Positions 8,270 to 17,672 of a stretch of 64,000 nucleotides of DNA are shown one piece after another. Position numbers and translations under genes: made by a program. Every line of letters starts with the position of its first letter. Within the stretch, counting starts at the first letter, position 1. The notes under the pieces were generated by a model, which worked only from the letters and a program-made list of their open reading frames with translations, was not told where the DNA came from and did no database searches. The stretch is from Bdellovibrionota bacterium. Lineage in GTDB: Bacteria; Bdellovibrionota_C; UBA2361; OMII01. The stretch lies in contig JBBAUR010000011.1 in NCBI GenBank assembly GCA_040398075.1, positions 9,144-73,143 on the forward strand. The letters run 5' to 3'.

Positions 8270-11200
8270 ATGAATATGCGCATGTTTGTCCGATTGGTCA
8301 TGATCGCGTTCGCAGCTTTTATATCCCCTGCGGTTTCAGCGCAGACTTCATTTTACCTCACCTTCGAGCGCAGTTTCTCGACACGTGAGGATGTTCAGTT
8401 GCGTTTGGATTACGCCGATCGCAAGGACCCCTTCACGGTTCGGATCTTGCGTCCGACAGATGTGAAGCGATTTTTGGAAGGCCAGTTCGCCGTAAGTCGT
8501 AGCTACGAAGAGCCGCGAGCGGCACTCAACCCAGCATTCTTCGTCACGAAGGGTATAAACGCCGTCGAATCACCAGTACGAGCGTTCCAGAGGCTCCTGA
8601 GTCCGGAGTTTCGAAACAGTTTCGGTGAAGGTATCGGACCCTCCCTACGCAACCCAGTCTCGCGCGCGATGGTAGGCCAGGCTCGCAAGTTGGTTTACGA
8701 GCCGCCGGCGGGATTCGAGATGGTACGCGAGTTCGCCGTTGATCTCAGACTTGGTGGAATCGCGGCCGAGGATTCGTGGTGGTGGTTCTTCGATGAAGCC
8801 AGCGATGGGTGGGGCTTCAAGGTGAGGATGGTGAATCTCGGACGCTTGCCTTCGGGGCTCTACATGATACAGGTTCTTCAAGGGGACCAGGAGGCTCAAG
8901 CTTTGCTGCAAGTCTCTGAGTTGTCCGTGCAGGTCAAGCAATCCTCGAGCGAGTTAGTGGTGCGGGCTATTGACCGCGATGGGCGTGCTGTACCAGGTGC
9001 AACGATCGAGTATCGAGACGACAGAGGAGATTGGGCGGCCATTAGTGGAGTTACCGCTGAGGATGGTTGCCTGCAGTACCGGCATTCGAGGGAGCTGTCT
9101 GGTAAGTTACTCGTCTCGGTTCGAGATCCAGCGGGGAACACTGCGTATGCAGACACCGACTTCCTGTCGACCAAATCTACGGCGCAATCGATGTTCATCA
9201 TGACAGATCGACCGATCTTCAGGCCCGGTGACGGCGTATCTTTCAAGGGCATCGTGCGGCGCAAGGATCAGGGGCAACCCAAGGCAGATGTCGCCGCGCT
9301 CACTGCCGGGGTTCCGGTGAACATCTCACTTTCAAAACCCGGGGCTTCGGTGCGAGTACAGGCGCAACAGATTCAGCGCAGCTCGTTCGGCACCCTATCA
9401 GGGAGATTCGAACTCGGCGAATCGCAGGAACCTGGATTGTATTCGGTTGTGGCGGAGGTAGACAAACGGCCATATGCCGGAGAGCTACGAGTCAGAGACT
9501 ACGTGAAACCGACGTACTACCTCGAGATGCTCGAGCGTTCAGGGCAGCTCAGGCCTGGTCACACATTCACCTACAGGATTCGAGCCCGTCGATACGCCGG
9601 GGGAGTTCCGGCCGGTGCCAGATACGAGGTCTTCGTCTATCGGAAGAAGTACGAGGTTCCTCAATTTGTAGAGGAAGCAGGTGGGGCCCTTTCCACCGGA
9701 AGTGACTATTTCGGAGGCATGCAGTCGGCCTCGGCATTGACGCAACCACAGCGTGTGTACAGCTCCCTCGAGGCGCGTACTCCCCGCGATCGTAGGTGGG
9801 ATGTTCCGACGTGGAGCTCGGCTGCGCAGTTCGATGCTCAAGGAGAGGCTACGGGAGAGATCCCCCTGCCGCCGCTCCCGCAGGGTTCAGGTAGTGATGG
9901 AGAGTGGACATACACTATCCTCTTTCGAGCGATGGATAGGGAGGGTGCGTTCAGTGTGCTCTCTGAAAACTTTCATCAGACCGTGGCAGAAGCTGTCCTG
10001 AGCGCTCGATTCTCCTCCAGTGTCTCCGAACCAGGACAGCAGGAAACTACCTTCACGGTGCGGGCTACTACGCCCGATGGAGATCCTCTACCACAGGTCC
10101 AGGGGGAGGTCAGATTCACCCTTTCGACCGCAAGTGGTCAATTCTCCACCAAGGTGGCAGCGTTCAACACGGATGCGGGCGGTTATGCGGTAGTTCCAGT
10201 TAGTCCCTACAGTAACATCGGAATCGTCGAGGGTATCGCGATCGCTCGTGGTCGTAGCGGTAGGTCGTGGTCGAATGAGGCTCGCGCTGAGCGTCAGGAG
10301 TTACTCGTGGTGGAGGGAAAGGGTGAGTCTGTGCGCTCTAGTGCCGACGTGTCGCTGTTTGCCAACTCGAGCGTTCTGAGCCCCGGGGAGAAGGTCAAGG
10401 TGTATGCATTGCTCCCGGATGTGTGGGGTTCAGGGAACAAAGGACCAATATGGCGCATAACGGCAGGAGAATCGATCTTCGGGTCCGCCGCTATAAACGT
10501 CGAGGGGCGTTCTGTGGTGTTCGAGAGCGAAGCCAAGGCCGAGTTTGGAACCGGATACTTCGAGACGATCTCGGTCCCGCTGCCGGACGGAAAGTTTCGA
10601 GAGGCTACCATGGCGTTCCGGATAGTTCCGCGTCAGCAACGACTCTCGATCGATGTGCAGCCGGAGCGTGATGTGGGTGAGCCGATGAAGCCCTTTACGC
10701 TGCGCGCCGCGGTGAAGAGATTCGACGGAAGTCCGGCACGGGGTGTTGAGGTCAGTCTGGCTGTCGTGGATCGTGCCGTGTATGCAGTGCAGCCGGAATT
10801 CAGACCCGGTATCTTTGACTTTTTCTTCCCCTTGCCACGCTTGAATCTGATGACCTTTTATTCAGACGAGCTTCAGGGGTACGGGTACGCAGACAAGATC
10901 AGACGACCCAACTTCTCCCTGAGTGCCATCAAATCGCAAGCGAAATTGTCGAAGCGGTCCGTGCGAGACACAGCCGGTTGGTTTCCGCATCTGGTAACGG
11001 ACGGCAACGGAGAGGTCTCCGCTACGGTGGATATGCCCGCAAACCTCACCGAATGGACCGTGACTGCGGTGGCAGTTGGTACAGACGGCGAGTGCGGAGA
11101 GGGGCATGGGCGATTTCGAACGGCTGTGGACGTGGAGGTCGAACCACGCGTGCCGCAGTTCCTTCGCCGCGGGGATAAAGTGGTTGTCCCTGTCGGTGTT

Positions 11201-13135
11201 CGGAACCAAACCGATCAAGAAGTTGAGCTCGCGGTCACAGGTCACCTGCAGAAGCAGGGTATAACAGAGCTCATGATCGAGGAGAAAGGGATCGTCGTAC
11301 CAGCGCGCGACGTGGTGTCGCGCACAGTGAACGTATCAACTGAAAATGCAGTTGACTCACTCCTGATGGATTTCACCTCTACAGCACCCCCGGGAATCAA
11401 GGCTGGAGGTGTTCGTGAGTTCGAGGTCCCGGTCCGTGCTGCGGCCATGGGCTCCAGCCTCAGTGCAGCATCACGAGATACTGCGTCGGTCAGGTTTCAG
11501 ATGGCGCGAGGATCGGTTGCACAAGCGCTTTCACTCGTTGCAACGCGCGGAGCTCTCGGAGTCGCGCTATCCAAAACACGAGAGCTTCTCACCTACCCGT
11601 ACGGTTGCGCGGAGCAGCTCGCACATTCAACGTATCCGAACGTGTTGCTCTTGGAGCTCTCGAGAGCCGTTCCCAACCTGGAGCGTCGAATGTCGGACCT
11701 CTCGCAGTTGGTCAGCCGTGCCCGAGAAAATGTCGCCTCGGGGGTACAGAAGCTGCTCGCGTACCAGAAACCCGATGGCGGGTTCTCGCTGTGGCCGACC
11801 GATCCGGTCACATCGCCAAGCATCACCTTAATGGTTCACGAGGTGCTGTCGCAGGCATCGCAGCTGGAGGTTGAACAGGTGAATGCACCGCTCACGAAAT
11901 CTAGTGCCTGGTTTGATGCTCATGTAGCCAAGGTAAATTGGGCACCTTGGCAACTGGCCAAGCTAGCGCAGTACGTGTCCGATGTTGATCTCACCAATGC
12001 TCAGGCGTCATTCGTTGTATCCGTCAACAAAAAGATCAATCCGACTTTGGCTGATCTGGTGTATGGACTCTCGCTCTTGCAGCACTATGAGACGATGTCG
12101 TGGCACCGGTTCTTCAACGAGGTTCCAGATGCCGCGAACGTAAAGGTTGCCTTGGAGAGATCGCTCGTGAGCCTTCTGGGCACACTCGCACTCGATGGGG
12201 TGGCATTTCGAGCAGAGGACTTCTCGAGCGAGTCCCTCGGCTTTAGCCCCTCCCGGTCGGTGCTGATCGGAGATACGATACTGGCTCTCCGCAAAATGCA
12301 GTCTCCCCCAGCGGCACTCGTCAAGAAGCTAGAGCGACGGCTGCTCGATGATCTCGGGGAAGGGCGCATCTGGTCACCTCTCGATGCGGCGCTCGTGATC
12401 AACGCCTTGAAGCCAGCTATCCTGGCTGACCTGCAGGAGCATGCGGGGTCAAAAGCGGAGGCTGTGGAGATCCACGATGCGCAGGGTAAGGTGATAGGAA
12501 CGGCACAACCGATCGCAGCGGGTTACGCTGCGAATCTCGATGCAGGTTCACTCGAGGGCAAGGATCTTTCGCAGGTCACACTTCGCGCAACGGCAGCAGA
12601 CCTCACCGTGGTGGGAGATCTCACGCTCACCACTCCCTATGCAGAGATAGTGGCGCAGGGGCATGGTGTTTCGATCGCGCGGACCTTGCTCCGTGTTACT
12701 CCGCACGGTACCGAGGTAGTCTCGCCCGAGACCACCCTTTCGGTCGGTGACGTCGTGGTGAGTAAGCTCGAGGTCAGCCGACCATCGAGCGAGGGGTGGT
12801 GGTCGAGCCGCTCCCCGAGCGAATGGTTCGTCGTACAGGAGGGAATCCCGGCGATAGCAGAGGGTGTTGACGATGATCAAACCATGCTGGCGGACGCAAA
12901 AGTCGTTGCCGCAAACTCCACGCTGTGGAGCGATGTCAAGGAGACTCTCCGCTATCCAGACCGCACGGAACGCGTGGTTCGTCTCGGAATGGGAGGCTCG
13001 CTCACGACCTACTCGGTGTGGCGAATTTCCTACGAAGGTGAAGCAGTTGCTCCCCCGGCACGAGTATTCAACATGTACCTCAAAGGGCTAGAGGGTCACA
13101 CCTCTTCGGTAGGCGTTCGTTCGTCGAAGCGCTGA
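8270..13135 (+). CDS. bacterial alpha-2-macroglobulin family protein (1621 aa) with a thioester motif
   Basis: Signal peptide, very large size, and the canonical thioester region LTYPYGCAEQLAHSTYPNVLLLEL (CxEQ) at about residue 1100, followed by an A2M receptor-binding-like C-terminus. Confidence 0.85.
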   Translation: MNMRMFVRLVMIAFAAFISPAVSAQTSFYLTFERSFSTREDVQLRLDYADRKDPFTVRILRPTDVKRFLEGQFAVSRSYEEPRAALNPAFFVTKGINAVESPVRAFQRLLSPEFRNSFGEGIGPSLRNPVSRAMVGQARKLVYEPPAGFEMVREFAVDLRLGGIAAEDSWWWFFDEASDGWGFKVRMVNLGRLPSGLYMIQVLQGDQEAQALLQVSELSVQVKQSSSELVVRAIDRDGRAVPGATIEYRDDRGDWAAISGVTAEDGCLQYRHSRELSGKLLVSVRDPAGNTAYADTDFLSTKSTAQSMFIMTDRPIFRPGDGVSFKGIVRRKDQGQPKADVAALTAGVPVNISLSKPGASVRVQAQQIQRSSFGTLSGRFELGESQEPGLYSVVAEVDKRPYAGELRVRDYVKPTYYLEMLERSGQLRPGHTFTYRIRARRYAGGVPAGARYEVFVYRKKYEVPQFVEEAGGALSTGSDYFGGMQSASALTQPQRVYSSLEARTPRDRRWDVPTWSSAAQFDAQGEATGEIPLPPLPQGSGSDGEWTYTILFRAMDREGAFSVLSENFHQTVAEAVLSARFSSSVSEPGQQETTFTVRATTPDGDPLPQVQGEVRFTLSTASGQFSTKVAAFNTDAGGYAVVPVSPYSNIGIVEGIAIARGRSGRSWSNEARAERQELLVVEGKGESVRSSADVSLFANSSVLSPGEKVKVYALLPDVWGSGNKGPIWRITAGESIFGSAAINVEGRSVVFESEAKAEFGTGYFETISVPLPDGKFREATMAFRIVPRQQRLSIDVQPERDVGEPMKPFTLRAAVKRFDGSPARGVEVSLAVVDRAVYAVQPEFRPGIFDFFFPLPRLNLMTFYSDELQGYGYADKIRRPNFSLSAIKSQAKLSKRSVRDTAGWFPHLVTDGNGEVSATVDMPANLTEWTVTAVAVGTDGECGEGHGRFRTAVDVEVEPRVPQFLRRGDKVVVPVGVRNQTDQEVELAVTGHLQKQGITELMIEEKGIVVPARDVVSRTVNVSTENAVDSLLMDFTSTAPPGIKAGGVREFEVPVRAAAMGSSLSAASRDTASVRFQMARGSVAQALSLVATRGALGVALSKTRELLTYPYGCAEQLAHSTYPNVLLLELSRAVPNLERRMSDLSQLVSRARENVASGVQKLLAYQKPDGGFSLWPTDPVTSPSITLMVHEVLSQASQLEVEQVNAPLTKSSAWFDAHVAKVNWAPWQLAKLAQYVSDVDLTNAQASFVVSVNKKINPTLADLVYGLSLLQHYETMSWHRFFNEVPDAANVKVALERSLVSLLGTLALDGVAFRAEDFSSESLGFSPSRSVLIGDTILALRKMQSPPAALVKKLERRLLDDLGEGRIWSPLDAALVINALKPAILADLQEHAGSKAEAVEIHDAQGKVIGTAQPIAAGYAANLDAGSLEGKDLSQVTLRATAADLTVVGDLTLTTPYAEIVAQGHGVSIARTLLRVTPHGTEVVSPETTLSVGDVVVSKLEVSRPSSEGWWSSRSPSEWFVVQEGIPAIAEGVDDDQTMLADAKVVAANSTLWSDVKETLRYPDRTERVVRLGMGGSLTTYSVWRISYEGEAVAPPARVFNMYLKGLEGHTSSVGVRSSKR

Positions 13136-13295
13136 AGCCCCAACAGCATGGGTGACGATGCTCATGGCAGCATGCCGTGCCTATCCATAAGAATCGCGTA
13201 GCCGAGACGAGGCGCATGAGGCGTCGCCTCTCGGATTTGAAGGGCATCGATACCTCTCGTGCGAGCACGCCCGTTGTCACCAATGTACGATCCTT

Positions 13296-14576
13296 ATGGG
13301 CTCTCCGCATACACACCAGGTCACATACCCCGCCGAAAACCACGCACCTAATCGTTTCAGTACTGGCACGGCTCGGACGCTTCAACGGTTACTGGGCCCG
13401 AGGATCGTGTGGGGTTGTCTCACCTTTGTTATCCCTGAGCACGAGGTCATCGATATCGGGGACCCGGGAGCACAGGTTCGTGCCAGGGTAACGCTGCGCG
13501 ATCCCTACCTCCTTGGCCGTATCGCGAGAGGCGGATCGCTGGCCCTGGGGGAGAGCTATGTTGATGGAAGCTGGGAGGTCGAGGGCGAAGATCTCGTAGC
13601 TTTCTTCCGAATTCTCTTTGCCAACAAGCTCGATCAAAGTATATCCGGCTCACTGTCGCAGAGGCTCACCAACCTGGTTCGTTCGGTAAGTCAATCTCCC
13701 ACAACTGCCCGTAGAGCACAGCTCGACGTCCGGCGGCATTACGACCTCGGTAACGAGTTTTTCGCCCTGATGCTCGATCCCTCCATGGCCTACTCCTGCG
13801 GATATGCCGTCACGCCCGAGGATTCACTGGCAACCATGCAGCGCAACAAGTACGAGCGAATATGCCGTAAGCTCGGACTCGACAGGGGTGGCTCCCTGCT
13901 CGACATCGGATGTGGTTGGGGTGGTTTTCTGGCGTACGTGGCCGAGCATTATCCGGGAGTCCGGGCACTGGGGATAACCTTGAGTGCGGAGCAGTTGAAG
14001 ATCGCTCGAGAACGTGTGTATTTCGTAGCGCCTGATGGTCGAGTTCAGGTTGCGATGTGTGACTACCGCGATCTGAGCGGATCGTACGATTTCGTCGTGA
14101 GTATCGGCATGTTCGAGCATGTAGGGCGGGGTCAGTACGGTGCATTCTTCCGTAAGACGAGCCAGCTGCTCTATCCTCACGGAACCTCGTTGTTACATAC
14201 TATCGGTATGGAGGAGCCGCTGTTGCGTACGCAAGATCCATGGATCGATACGTACATATTTCCGGGAAGCAGACTTCCGCGAATGGAGGAGATCGCTCGT
14301 GAGGCCCGTTTGTCTGGTCTAACGCTTGGACATATCGAGAATCTCCGTCCACACTATGCGATGACGCTACAACATTGGCGCAGGAATTTCGCAGAGAATT
14401 GGCCGAGGATCCGTGAACTCGATGCGCGCTTCGACGAGCGTTTTCGACGGTTGTGGAGTTACTATCTGCAAGTATCCGAGGCGTGCTTCATTGATTCGAC
14501 GGTCGAGCTGTATCAGGTCCTCATGTGTCGTCGTAACGCGTGGTCCTTTCCGCTCAATTTTCGGTTCGATTCATAG
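13296..14576 (+). CDS. cfa: cyclopropane-fatty-acyl-phospholipid synthase family methyltransferase
   Basis: LLDIGCGWGGF (SAM motif I) and MLDPSMAYSCGY, with a CFA-synthase N-terminal region. The true start is probably a little downstream of 13296. Confidence 0.75.
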   Translation: MGSPHTHQVTYPAENHAPNRFSTGTARTLQRLLGPRIVWGCLTFVIPEHEVIDIGDPGAQVRARVTLRDPYLLGRIARGGSLALGESYVDGSWEVEGEDLVAFFRILFANKLDQSISGSLSQRLTNLVRSVSQSPTTARRAQLDVRRHYDLGNEFFALMLDPSMAYSCGYAVTPEDSLATMQRNKYERICRKLGLDRGGSLLDIGCGWGGFLAYVAEHYPGVRALGITLSAEQLKIARERVYFVAPDGRVQVAMCDYRDLSGSYDFVVSIGMFEHVGRGQYGAFFRKTSQLLYPHGTSLLHTIGMEEPLLRTQDPWIDTYIFPGSRLPRMEEIAREARLSGLTLGHIENLRPHYAMTLQHWRRNFAENWPRIRELDARFDERFRRLWSYYLQVSEACFIDSTVELYQVLMCRRNAWSFPLNFRFDS

Positions 14577-14580
14577 AGAA

Positions 14581-14769
14581 CTTAGAGTGCGTAACAAAAA
14601 TGCTCCTCTGCTTCGGATGGCTGCAATCGGCAGCTACTTCGTCTTCGGCAAAAAAGGTGCTCAACGTGCCGCTGAGGGCACGTCTCCGCGCCTTTTTAGC
14701 CTGCATCCTCGTCGCTGCCGATTTCGCTCATCCTCGCTACGAGGTTCATTCTTGTTACGCACTCTTAGC
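14581..14769 (+). repeat. MITE-like element R1, copy 1 (about 190 bp, 14-nt terminal inverted repeats AGAGTGCGTAACAA)
   Basis: The 5' end cttAGAGTGCGTAACAAaaa and the 3' end TTGTTACGCACTCTtag form terminal inverted repeats. There are internal hairpins (cgtgccgctgagggcacg). A near-identical copy lies at 24849-25037 on the opposite strand. Confidence 0.8.
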
Positions 14770-15095
14770 AAGAACCTACCACGAGCACGGAAGTGTAGAT
14801 TGGTCTGATTGCCTTGTTTTGTTCTACCTCAAACGAATCGCTCTGACCGGCTATCTGCGCAACTCAAAACGATCGGGTAGGAACCACAGAGGACTTCAGA
14901 GGATCACTGAGGTTGTGGTTCAAAAAGCTATCCAGTCACGAGACAAGAACTACGACATCAAGCAGAAATCAATCAGTCGTGCTGCCAGCCTACCCCCTCT
15001 GTATACCTCTGAAGTCCTCGGTGGTTTCATTCCCATCTGCTTGAATGGGAAGAGAGGTAGAACAAAGGGAGCAGCAAGAACAGAGAGGGGGAAAA

Positions 15096-15493
15096 GACCC
15101 TCTCACCCAAAAGGCCATCGCTTGGCTGTTTTGTGCGAGCAAAGCGAGCATCACAACGAGCCACTTGTTCTCTCTATGATAGCCCCGGGTATGTGTCGTA
15201 AGCAACTTATGCGGTAGTTTGCCGGTAAGATGTATATGTATCTTAACAAAGGGAGCGGCGAGAACGGAGAAGGGGAATAAGACCCTCTTACCCAACGGGT
15301 CATCGGTTACCTCGTCGTTGAACTAAAGGCAGTCGAGCAACTCCTACCAATTCACCAAGCTCAAGTTATCACCTACATGAAACTTGTCGAAGCTCCGGTC
15401 AGACTTCTGATCAACTTTAACGTGAAGTTACTCAAAGACGGCATCAGGCGCCTACTCTCTTCCCCCTCTCTGTCTTCGTTGCTCTCTTTGTAA
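15096..15493 (+). pseudogene. two tandem degenerate fragments of a GxxExxY-family (PD-(D/E)XK-like) gene
   Basis: Fragment 2 (15281-15493) translates to DPLTQRVIGYLVVELKAVEQLLPIHQAQVITYMKLVEAPVRLLINFNVKLLKDGIRRLL. This matches the GxxExxY-family C-terminus but has no start codon (it begins directly after a TAA). Fragment 1 (15096-15179) is a shorter, more decayed copy (DPLTQKAIAWLF...). Confidence 0.5.
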
Positions 15494-15514
15494 AATCCCC
15501 CTTCGAGCAAGAGA

Positions 15515-15642
15515 ATAGCTATATGAGCGCAATCTTGGCGCCCATGAAGATCATGAGAGGCCCAAGTTGCGCCGTAGAAGACAAGAAACTGCTCTAGGCC
15601 AAGCGTGTTGAAGGTCCTGAGAGACTCTAGCTCTTGAAACGC
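15515..15642 (+). repeat. short repeat family R3, copy 1 (about 125 bp)
   Basis: atagctatatGAGCGCAATCTTG...GCCCaAGTTGCGCCGTAGaAGACAAgAAACT...AGCGTG...GAGAGACTcTAGCTCTTgAAAcGC aligns to 54672-54784 with one indel of about 20 bp. Confidence 0.7.
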
Positions 15643-15702
15643 TACTGTTTGATGTTACCCCAGATCTGCTTTTGCAGCCGCGAGGGGTTTTGCCTCGCTT
15701 CC

Positions 15703-16140
15703 CTAGAGCGCCTCTCGCACCCGTGCCTGAATCTCACGGCTGCCTTCGTAGGCTATGTCCTTCGGTATTTCAGCCCTGACCACCCGGCTCAATTGCTCAC
15801 TCAAGAGAGAGCGCATGAGCCCGAGGAGTCGAGGCTCAGCCACGAGCACCAGATGGGAGAACTTGTGTTGAGAAAACGCCGTATCGATGTTCCGCAGGAG
15901 GTCGCGGTAGAAGTTTTCAAGCAGTCGCTCGCGCGGCTCCTGCTCAGTCGAGTAGGCGTGCCGTGCCCGCATGCGGTTGTCAGAGGCTCTACCAGGAGCA
16001 TCACTGTCGATATCGATGTTCTTCAGCTTCCCGCTAACATTTCCGAGGTCGAGTACCTCGCGAAGCGCCTCGTCAGGGCGAAGCATCTCGAAAAGTCTAA
16101 CTTCATCTCGGCTTGCGACGATTATCCACGTTGGTTGCAT
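15703..16140 (-). CDS. host-attachment-protein family protein (Host_attach-like, about 145 aa)
   Basis: The N-terminus MQPTWIIVASRDEVRLFEM matches the characteristic M-x-P-TWIlVAD-ar-R-F start of this family, and the size fits. Confidence 0.5.
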   Translation of the reverse strand: MQPTWIIVASRDEVRLFEMLRPDEALREVLDLGNVSGKLKNIDIDSDAPGRASDNRMRARHAYSTEQEPRERLLENFYRDLLRNIDTAFSQHKFSHLVLVAEPRLLGLMRSLLSEQLSRVVRAEIPKDIAYEGSREIQARVREAL

Positions 16141-16234
16141 GATGATTCCTTGGAGCTAAACAGTGGAGTAGTAGTGGAAATTTCGAATAGATGCGTTTAT
16201 ATAAGTTCTTTGTAATGTCTATCAGGGGACGGAT

Positions 16235-16825
16235 ATGAAGAATCTGATTGCGGTCATAGTAGGGGCGTTAGCTCTGGTTGCAGTAGGTGGCTGTGGATAC
16301 AACACGATTCAACAACAGGACGAGCAGGTCACCGCGATGTGGTCAGATGTTGTCAATCAGTACAAACGCAGAGCCGACCTCATTCCCAACTTGGTGAACG
16401 TCGTAAAAGGGTATGCCGCGCACGAAGAGCAGGTTCTCACCAAGGTGACCGAGGCTCGCACGAAAGCGACAGCACTCACAGCGGATGCGAGTTTACTCAC
16501 CAACGAGGAGGCCTTCAAACGGTTCCAGGAGGCACAATCCTCACTGTCGAGCTCCCTCGGTCGGTTGCTCGCAGTTGCTGAAAACTACCCGCAACTGAAG
16601 GCGGATGCCAATTTCCGGGATCTTCAAGCTCAGATAGAGGGGACAGAGAATCGGATAACCGTGGCGCGTACCCGCTACATCGAGGCGGTCCGTTCCTATA
16701 ATACAACGGTGCGATCCTTTCCCGCCAACCTGACCGCCAAGCTCTTCGGATACTCGATGAAACCAAACTTCACGGTGGAGAATGAGAAGGAGATAGCCGA
16801 AGCGCCTAAGGTGTCCTTCGAGTAA
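16235..16825 (+). CDS. lemA: LemA family protein
   Basis: N-terminal TM segment and WSDVVNQYKRRADLIPNLVNVVKGYAAHE, a strong LemA signature. Confidence 0.85.
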   Translation: MKNLIAVIVGALALVAVGGCGYNTIQQQDEQVTAMWSDVVNQYKRRADLIPNLVNVVKGYAAHEEQVLTKVTEARTKATALTADASLLTNEEAFKRFQEAQSSLSSSLGRLLAVAENYPQLKADANFRDLQAQIEGTENRITVARTRYIEAVRSYNTTVRSFPANLTAKLFGYSMKPNFTVENEKEIAEAPKVSFE

Positions 16826-16826
16826 G

Positions 16827-17672
16827 ATGTTACGCCTCTCCATGCTCTGCTGGCTCCTGCTCGTCTGGCTCGCTGCTCTCGAGGGTCAGGCGCAGCTCAG
16901 GCAGGTTCCAGTGCTCCATGGTCCGGTTACGGATGAGGTAGGGGTCCTGGGCGGCCTCAAGGCTGAACTCGAAGGTAAGCTCTACAAGCTCAAAGAGGAA
17001 AAAGGTAGCGAGGTGGCGGTGCTCGTAGTTGACACCACCGCACCCGAAACGATCGAGCAGTACAGTATCCGGGTTGTAGAGCAGTGGCAGTTAGGTAGGA
17101 AGGGGATAGACGACGGGGCGCTTCTGCTAGTGGCGTTACGCGATCGAAACGTGCGCATCGAGGTAGGGCGAGGCCTAGAGGGTGATATCCCGGACCTGAT
17201 CGCTTTTCGGATCATTCAGGAACAGATCCTTCCCCGTTTTCGTCAAGGTGATATCCCAGGCGGGATAAACGCAGGGGTGCAATCAGTGATCGACCGGGTG
17301 CACGGCCTGGATCTTCCGCCACCCGCGCAGGACCAGGGCAACCAGGGGATCGGGTGGTTTTTTCTCGTACTGTTCTTCTTCCTCTTGGGGAGTGTTCTGG
17401 CGAGCCTATTTGGGGACGGACTAGGGGCATCAACAAGCGCCCTCGGAGGTTTGGCAGTTGCACTGCTGATCTCATCTCTCTTCGGTGCTTTGGCAGCGGC
17501 TCTGGTGATCTGGCTCCTGGTGTTCTTTCGGGATGTAGTGTTCGAAGCCCTTGCCAGCGGCTCACGCGGGGGACCCTCGCGGAGTGGAGGGAGCTACGGT
17601 GGAACGTTCGGCGGGGGAGGCTTTGGCTCTGGTGGTGGCTTCAGCGGTGGCGGAGCCTCGGGGAGGTGGTGA
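16827..17672 (+). CDS. TPM-domain protein (YgcG-like) with a Gly-rich C-terminus
   Basis: Signal peptide and a TPM-like core (VAVLVVDTTAPETIEQYSIRVVEQWQLGRKGIDDGALLLVALRDRNVRIEVGRGLEG). A TM segment and a GGGFGSGGGFSGGG tail follow. It lies immediately after lemA, the canonical arrangement. Confidence 0.7.
   Translation: MLRLSMLCWLLLVWLAALEGQAQLRQVPVLHGPVTDEVGVLGGLKAELEGKLYKLKEEKGSEVAVLVVDTTAPETIEQYSIRVVEQWQLGRKGIDDGALLLVALRDRNVRIEVGRGLEGDIPDLIAFRIIQEQILPRFRQGDIPGGINAGVQSVIDRVHGLDLPPPAQDQGNQGIGWFFLVLFFFLLGSVLASLFGDGLGASTSALGGLAVALLISSLFGALAAALVIWLLVFFRDVVFEALASGSRGGPSRSGGSYGGTFGGGGFGSGGGFSGGGASGRW

Noticed and set aside
14413-14808. 131-aa ORF spanning R1 copy 1, and its counterpart 24762..25031 on the minus strand
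   Set aside because: The shared peptide arises because the two R1 copies are inverted. Substitutions between copies are mostly non-synonymous, so the frame is not under coding selection.
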